A stretch of 37,948 bases of DNA from Bacilli bacterium (GTDB lineage: Bacteria; Bacillota_I; Bacilli_A; RF39; UBA660), in the NCBI GenBank assembly GCA_007116005.1, contig SKJH01000104.1:1-37948 (forward strand). The letters run 5' to 3'. Shown in pieces: positions 32,681-37,948 of the stretch. Positions within the stretch are counted from its first letter, which is position 1, and each line of letters opens with the position of its first letter. A program made the translations under genes and the position numbers. The notes below the pieces were generated by a model, which was given only the letters and a program-made list of their open reading frames with translations, was not told where the DNA came from and made no database searches.

Positions 32681-34456
32681 TTAGAGTAATTGCTTAAATT
32701 CTTCCATTAAATCATCAAATATTTGTAATGCATCATTAATAGATTTATTTATATCAATCCCCATTTTTTCTACCAAATTTGTTGGGTAGTCACAACTACC
32801 GCTATGTAAAAACTCCAAATATTTTTCTAACATTTCTTTATCTTCGTCAAATATTTTATATGCAATAACAAATGCAATGCTTAAGCCTGTTGCATATTGA
32901 TATACATAAAAAGGAGTATAAAAATGTGGTATTCTCGACCATTCATATTTGATTTCTTCATCAATTATAACATTATTTCCATGGTATTTTTTAACCAATT
33001 CATAATATATATTATTTAATTTATCTGCAGTAAATGATTCACCTTTACTAGCTTTATTATGTATATCAAGTTCAAACTCCGCAAACATTGTTTGCCTATA
33101 AATTGTGCTTTTAAAACTATCAAACATTTCATTTAAAATATTTAATTTTTGTTTTTTATCTTGTGATTTTTTCAATAAATACAACTTTAAAATTATTTCG
33201 TTTACTGTAGAGGCAATCTCTGCTGTAAATATCTCGTTATCACTATAATAATAATCTTGAGTTTCGTTTGAATAATATCTATGTAATGCGTGACCTAATT
33301 CATGAGCTAAAGTAGAGATATCATTTAGTTTGCCTTGATAGTTTAATAGTATGTATGGATGTGTTGGGTATGCTCCCCAAGCATAAGCACCAGTTCTTTT
33401 TCCTCTAGTTTCATATACGTCAATCCAATTTTCATTAAATATTTTGTTTAAATCATTAATATATTTTTCCCCTAATGAATTTAAAGATTTTAATACTATT
33501 TCTTTTGCTTCTTCATAACTATATTCTTTATTTCCCTCTTCTATTAAATTAACTGCTAGATCATACATGTAGAGTTTATTATATTTAAGTATTTTTTTTT
33601 TAATATCAAAATATTTATGAAGTTTATCTAAGTTATTATTTACTTGTTTTATTAGATCGTAATATATAGAAGTATCAATCCTATTTTGATCTAAATACAT
33701 ATTTAAAGGAGTTTTATATTTTCTTGTTTTATATAAAAAATTAGTAGTTTGTAGATTACTATTCATTATGTTTCCTAATGTATTATTTAATTCTTTATAT
33801 TTTTTATATAAAGTTTTGAAAGCTCTTTTTCTTACTGTTCTATTATTAGATGTAATATATTTATAATATGTACCATGTGTCAAAGGGATTTTTTTTCCTT
33901 CTTCATCAATTATTTTTTCAAATACTAAATCAGCATCATTTAAATTACTAAATATTTCATTTGAACTATTTAATATATTTGAACTTCTTGATAATAATTC
34001 TTCTTCTTTTATACTTAATATATGATTTTTACTACTAAATAATTGATCTAAAAAGAATTTAAATCTTTTAAGTTTGTTGTTTGATTCGATAAAGTCAATT
34101 ATTTTTTCATATGAAGCATTCAATAATTCTGGAGTGAAAAAAGACATTTTCTCATCTATTTGTGTTATTTTAACGCTTAAATCACCGGTTAATTGTTGAA
34201 ACAAAGCATTTGTTGTATCTTCATGTAAATTCATATTTGAATATACATAAAGTCTACTAATAATCATATCTATTTGTTCTTTTAGTTTTAGTGCGTTATA
34301 TAAATTTTTAGGAGTTTTTGTTAAATTTCCTTTATAAGATATGAATTCATTAACTAAAGTTTCAATTTTTGCTTGTTCTTCGTTATATTCATCTATATTT
34401 TTATAAACATCTGTAAGATTCCACTTATATTTACTACTAATTTCTTCTCTTTTCAT
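32681..34456 (-). CDS. pepF: Oligoendopeptidase F (M3B family)
   Basis: KYKWNLTDVY N-terminal motif and zinc site HELGHALH. Start set at the ATG at 34456 (the track's start is a TTG 15 nt upstream, inside the hairpin flank). Confidence 0.92.
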   Translation of the reverse strand: MKREEISSKYKWNLTDVYKNIDEYNEEQAKIETLVNEFISYKGNLTKTPKNLYNALKLKEQIDMIISRLYVYSNMNLHEDTTNALFQQLTGDLSVKITQIDEKMSFFTPELLNASYEKIIDFIESNNKLKRFKFFLDQLFSSKNHILSIKEEELLSRSSNILNSSNEIFSNLNDADLVFEKIIDEEGKKIPLTHGTYYKYITSNNRTVRKRAFKTLYKKYKELNNTLGNIMNSNLQTTNFLYKTRKYKTPLNMYLDQNRIDTSIYYDLIKQVNNNLDKLHKYFDIKKKILKYNKLYMYDLAVNLIEEGNKEYSYEEAKEIVLKSLNSLGEKYINDLNKIFNENWIDVYETRGKRTGAYAWGAYPTHPYILLNYQGKLNDISTLAHELGHALHRYYSNETQDYYYSDNEIFTAEIASTVNEIILKLYLLKKSQDKKQKLNILNEMFDSFKSTIYRQTMFAEFELDIHNKASKGESFTADKLNNIYYELVKKYHGNNVIIDEEIKYEWSRIPHFYTPFYVYQYATGLSIAFVIAYKIFDEDKEMLEKYLEFLHSGSCDYPTNLVEKMGIDINKSINDALQIFDDLMEEFKQLL

Positions 34457-34465
34457 AAATATTTC

Positions 34466-34499
34466 AAACAAAAGAGTATTTTTTCATACTCTTTTGTTT
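34466..34499 (-). promoter_or_regulatory. 14-bp perfect hairpin between dnaK and pepF (intra-operon attenuator / processing or stabilising structure)
   Basis: Minus strand: AAACAAAAGAGTAT-GAAAAA-ATACTCTTTTGTTT. It lies 8 nt after the dnaK stop and 9 nt before the pepF ATG, and only a short interrupted U-tract follows. Confidence 0.55.
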
Positions 34500-34507
34500 T
34501 CCTTTCT

Positions 34508-36331
<1,824 letters not shown>

Positions 36332-36342
36332 TCATCTCTCCT

Positions 36343-36882
36343 TTATTTATTATTAACCTTAACCATTGCAGGTCTTATAACTTTATCTTTATACATATAT
36401 CCTTTTTGTAATACTTCTATTACAATATTGTTTTCTTTATCTTCTATATTATCAGTTAAAACACAGTTGTGATATTTTGTATCAAATTCTTTGTTCATAG
36501 CGTCGATTTCTTTAACTTCAAACTTATTTAATATATTAACTAAATTTGAATAAATCATTTTGAATCCATGTAGAAATTTAGACAGTTCATCTTCTAAATT
36601 ATCATCATCTAATTTTATTGCTCTTTCAAAATTATCAATTATAGGGATAATTTCTAAAATTATATCCTCTTCACAATACTTAAGCAATTTTTCTGTTTCT
36701 TCATCTTTTCTTCTTTTATAATTTTGAAGTTCAGCAGCATTTCTTAATACTTTTTCATTCAATTGTTCATTTTGTTCAGTTAATGTTTTTATTAACTCAA
36801 TATGTTCGTTTGTTTTATCTTTTTTTTCTTTCTTTACTTTTTTTTCGTTTTCTTTTTTTAATGTTTTTTCTTGTTCTTTCAT
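36343..36882 (-). CDS. grpE: Nucleotide exchange factor GrpE
   Basis: Lys/Glu-rich N-terminus, RNAAELQNYKRR, ...VLQKGYMYKDKVIRPAMVKV C-terminus. ATG at 36882 lies 1 nt after the hrcA TAA (SD GAGAGG). Confidence 0.95.
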   Translation of the reverse strand: MKEQEKTLKKENEKKVKKEKKDKTNEHIELIKTLTEQNEQLNEKVLRNAAELQNYKRRKDEETEKLLKYCEEDIILEIIPIIDNFERAIKLDDDNLEDELSKFLHGFKMIYSNLVNILNKFEVKEIDAMNKEFDTKYHNCVLTDNIEDKENNIVIEVLQKGYMYKDKVIRPAMVKVNNK

Positions 36883-36883
36883 G

Positions 36884-37876
36884 TTACCTCTCAATCTTTT
36901 CTTTTATATACTCTAAAAGTCCTATAACCTTGTTGTATTCCATTCTCTTAGGACCTACTATTGCTATGGTACCATCATCTCCATTAATAGAATATTTTGT
37001 TTTTATAATAGTAACATCTTCATCAATATTTGATTCAGATCCTATGTAAATGTTTATACCATTTTTTGTTTCTTCAAAACTATTAATTAAATGATTATCT
37101 TCAAATTTTTCTATTATGTTTCTAAGTTTTTTAGAATCATCAAACTCTGGTTGTTTCAATATATTAGTTTTTCCAGAAAAATGAAAATTACTAGTTTTTT
37201 GCGTAAACTCATTAAACACATTATAAAAGGCATTATAAATCATCTCGTGTTGTTTTATGTACTTACCTATTATTGGTTTAATTTCAAACTCTAATTTTTC
37301 ACTTATACCATCAATAGGAGTTCCAACTAATAGATTATTAATTAGATCCACTGTTTTTTTTATATCATCAATTGAAATATTGTTATTTATAGTAATGTTT
37401 TTATTTTCAACATGTCCTTTATCGGTAATAACAATAGCAATTAAGTTATTTTCATTTAGTGGAACTATTTCAACCCTTTTTAATTTATTAGATGATGAGG
37501 ATTTTCCTAATACAATTGATGTATAGGTTGTCATTTCTGAAATTATTTCCATACTTTTATTAATAGCATCATTTAATACTAAATCATTGTTATGAAATAT
37601 TGTTTGTAATTTCAACATATCTTCCCCGGTCATTTTCTTAGGTTCCATTAATGTGTCTACATAATATCTGTATCCTTTTTCACTTGGAATCCTACCTGAT
37701 GATATATGTGTTTTTTCTAAAAAGCCAAGTTCTTCTAATTCCGCCATATCATTTCTTACAGTGGCACTTGAACAATTTAAAATATCACATATAGATTTTG
37801 AACCTACCGGTTTTATACTTTTGATATATTCTTCTACAATAATTTTCAAAACATCACTTTGTCTTTTACTGATCAA
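36884..37876 (-). CDS. hrcA: Heat-inducible transcription repressor HrcA
   Basis: ISKRQSDVLKIIVEEYIKSIKPVGSKSI winged-helix N-terminus, first gene of the dnaK operon. Start assigned to the TTG at 37876 behind GAGAGGTGAT. Confidence 0.93.
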   Translation of the reverse strand: MISKRQSDVLKIIVEEYIKSIKPVGSKSICDILNCSSATVRNDMAELEELGFLEKTHISSGRIPSEKGYRYYVDTLMEPKKMTGEDMLKLQTIFHNNDLVLNDAINKSMEIISEMTTYTSIVLGKSSSSNKLKRVEIVPLNENNLIAIVITDKGHVENKNITINNNISIDDIKKTVDLINNLLVGTPIDGISEKLEFEIKPIIGKYIKQHEMIYNAFYNVFNEFTQKTSNFHFSGKTNILKQPEFDDSKKLRNIIEKFEDNHLINSFEETKNGINIYIGSESNIDEDVTIIKTKYSINGDDGTIAIVGPKRMEYNKVIGLLEYIKEKIER

Positions 37877-37905
37877 TATATCACCTCTCAAACAATACAT
37901 ATACC

Positions 37906-37934
37906 ATTATAATATTATGCGTTAGCATTGTCAA
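37906..37934 (-). promoter_or_regulatory. Consensus sigma-A promoter of the hrcA-dnaK operon
   Basis: -35 TTGACA (37934-37929), 17-nt spacer, -10 TATAAT (37911-37906). Confidence 0.7.
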
Positions 37935-37948
37935 TATATGAGTGCTAA
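37922..37948 (-). promoter_or_regulatory. CIRCE operator (HrcA binding site)
   Basis: Minus strand: TTAGCACTC-ATATATTGA-CAATGCTAA against the consensus TTAGCACTC-N9-GAGTGCTAA. It overlaps the -35 box. The window ends exactly at its outer edge. Confidence 0.8.

Overview
This is a very AT-rich (about a quarter G+C by eye, not computed), extremely gene-dense chromosomal segment. It looks like a low-GC Bacillota-type bacterium with a compact genome, Erysipelotrichia or Mollicutes-related, but it uses the standard genetic code because TGA terminates several genes. I call 36 protein genes, 2 tRNAs and one IS fragment. 35 of the 36 protein genes are on the minus strand. In the direction of transcription (high to low coordinates) the content is: (1) CIRCE-controlled hrcA-grpE-dnaK-[pepF]-dnaJ; (2) a self-contained insertion holding a prepilin-LamG protein and the only plus-strand gene, a ClpA/B D1-only AAA+ ATPase; (3) rsmE-[unknown membrane protein]-mtaB; (4) a SigE/SigK-type sigma factor; (5) mutS in an operon with a DrrAB-like ABC exporter; (6) nusB-xseA-xseB-[Flp-like pilin]; (7) alaS-UPF0297-ruvX-DUF1292; (8) trmR-yrrN-yrrO (tRNA U34 ho5U/mo5U module); (9) greA, tig and lon; (10) two tandem paralogous unknown membrane-anchored proteins; (11) deoD; (12) an M16 peptidase pair translationally coupled to a NatAB/YhaQP-like ABC transporter; (13) an HD hydrolase; (14) tRNA-Arg(CCT) and tRNA-Thr(GGT); (15) the end of an IS3-like element. 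Most of the window is ordinary core genome in B. subtilis-like synteny blocks that have been pushed together. I see no CRISPR array and no recognisable defence, toxin-antitoxin, prophage or biosynthetic cluster, and I cannot point to a convincing multi-gene novel system. The items housekeeping function does not explain, and that I would check first, are: (i) the pilin-LamG / orphan AAA+ insertion at the prmA position; (ii) the Flp-type pilin gene on the xseAB operon; (iii) the terminator-bracketed tandem paralog pair downstream of lon; (iv) the M16-M16-ABC-ABC coupled operon; (v) the SigE/K-like sigma factor that lacks a pro-sequence. All functional calls rest on motif recognition by eye and remembered reference sequences. 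None has been checked against a database.
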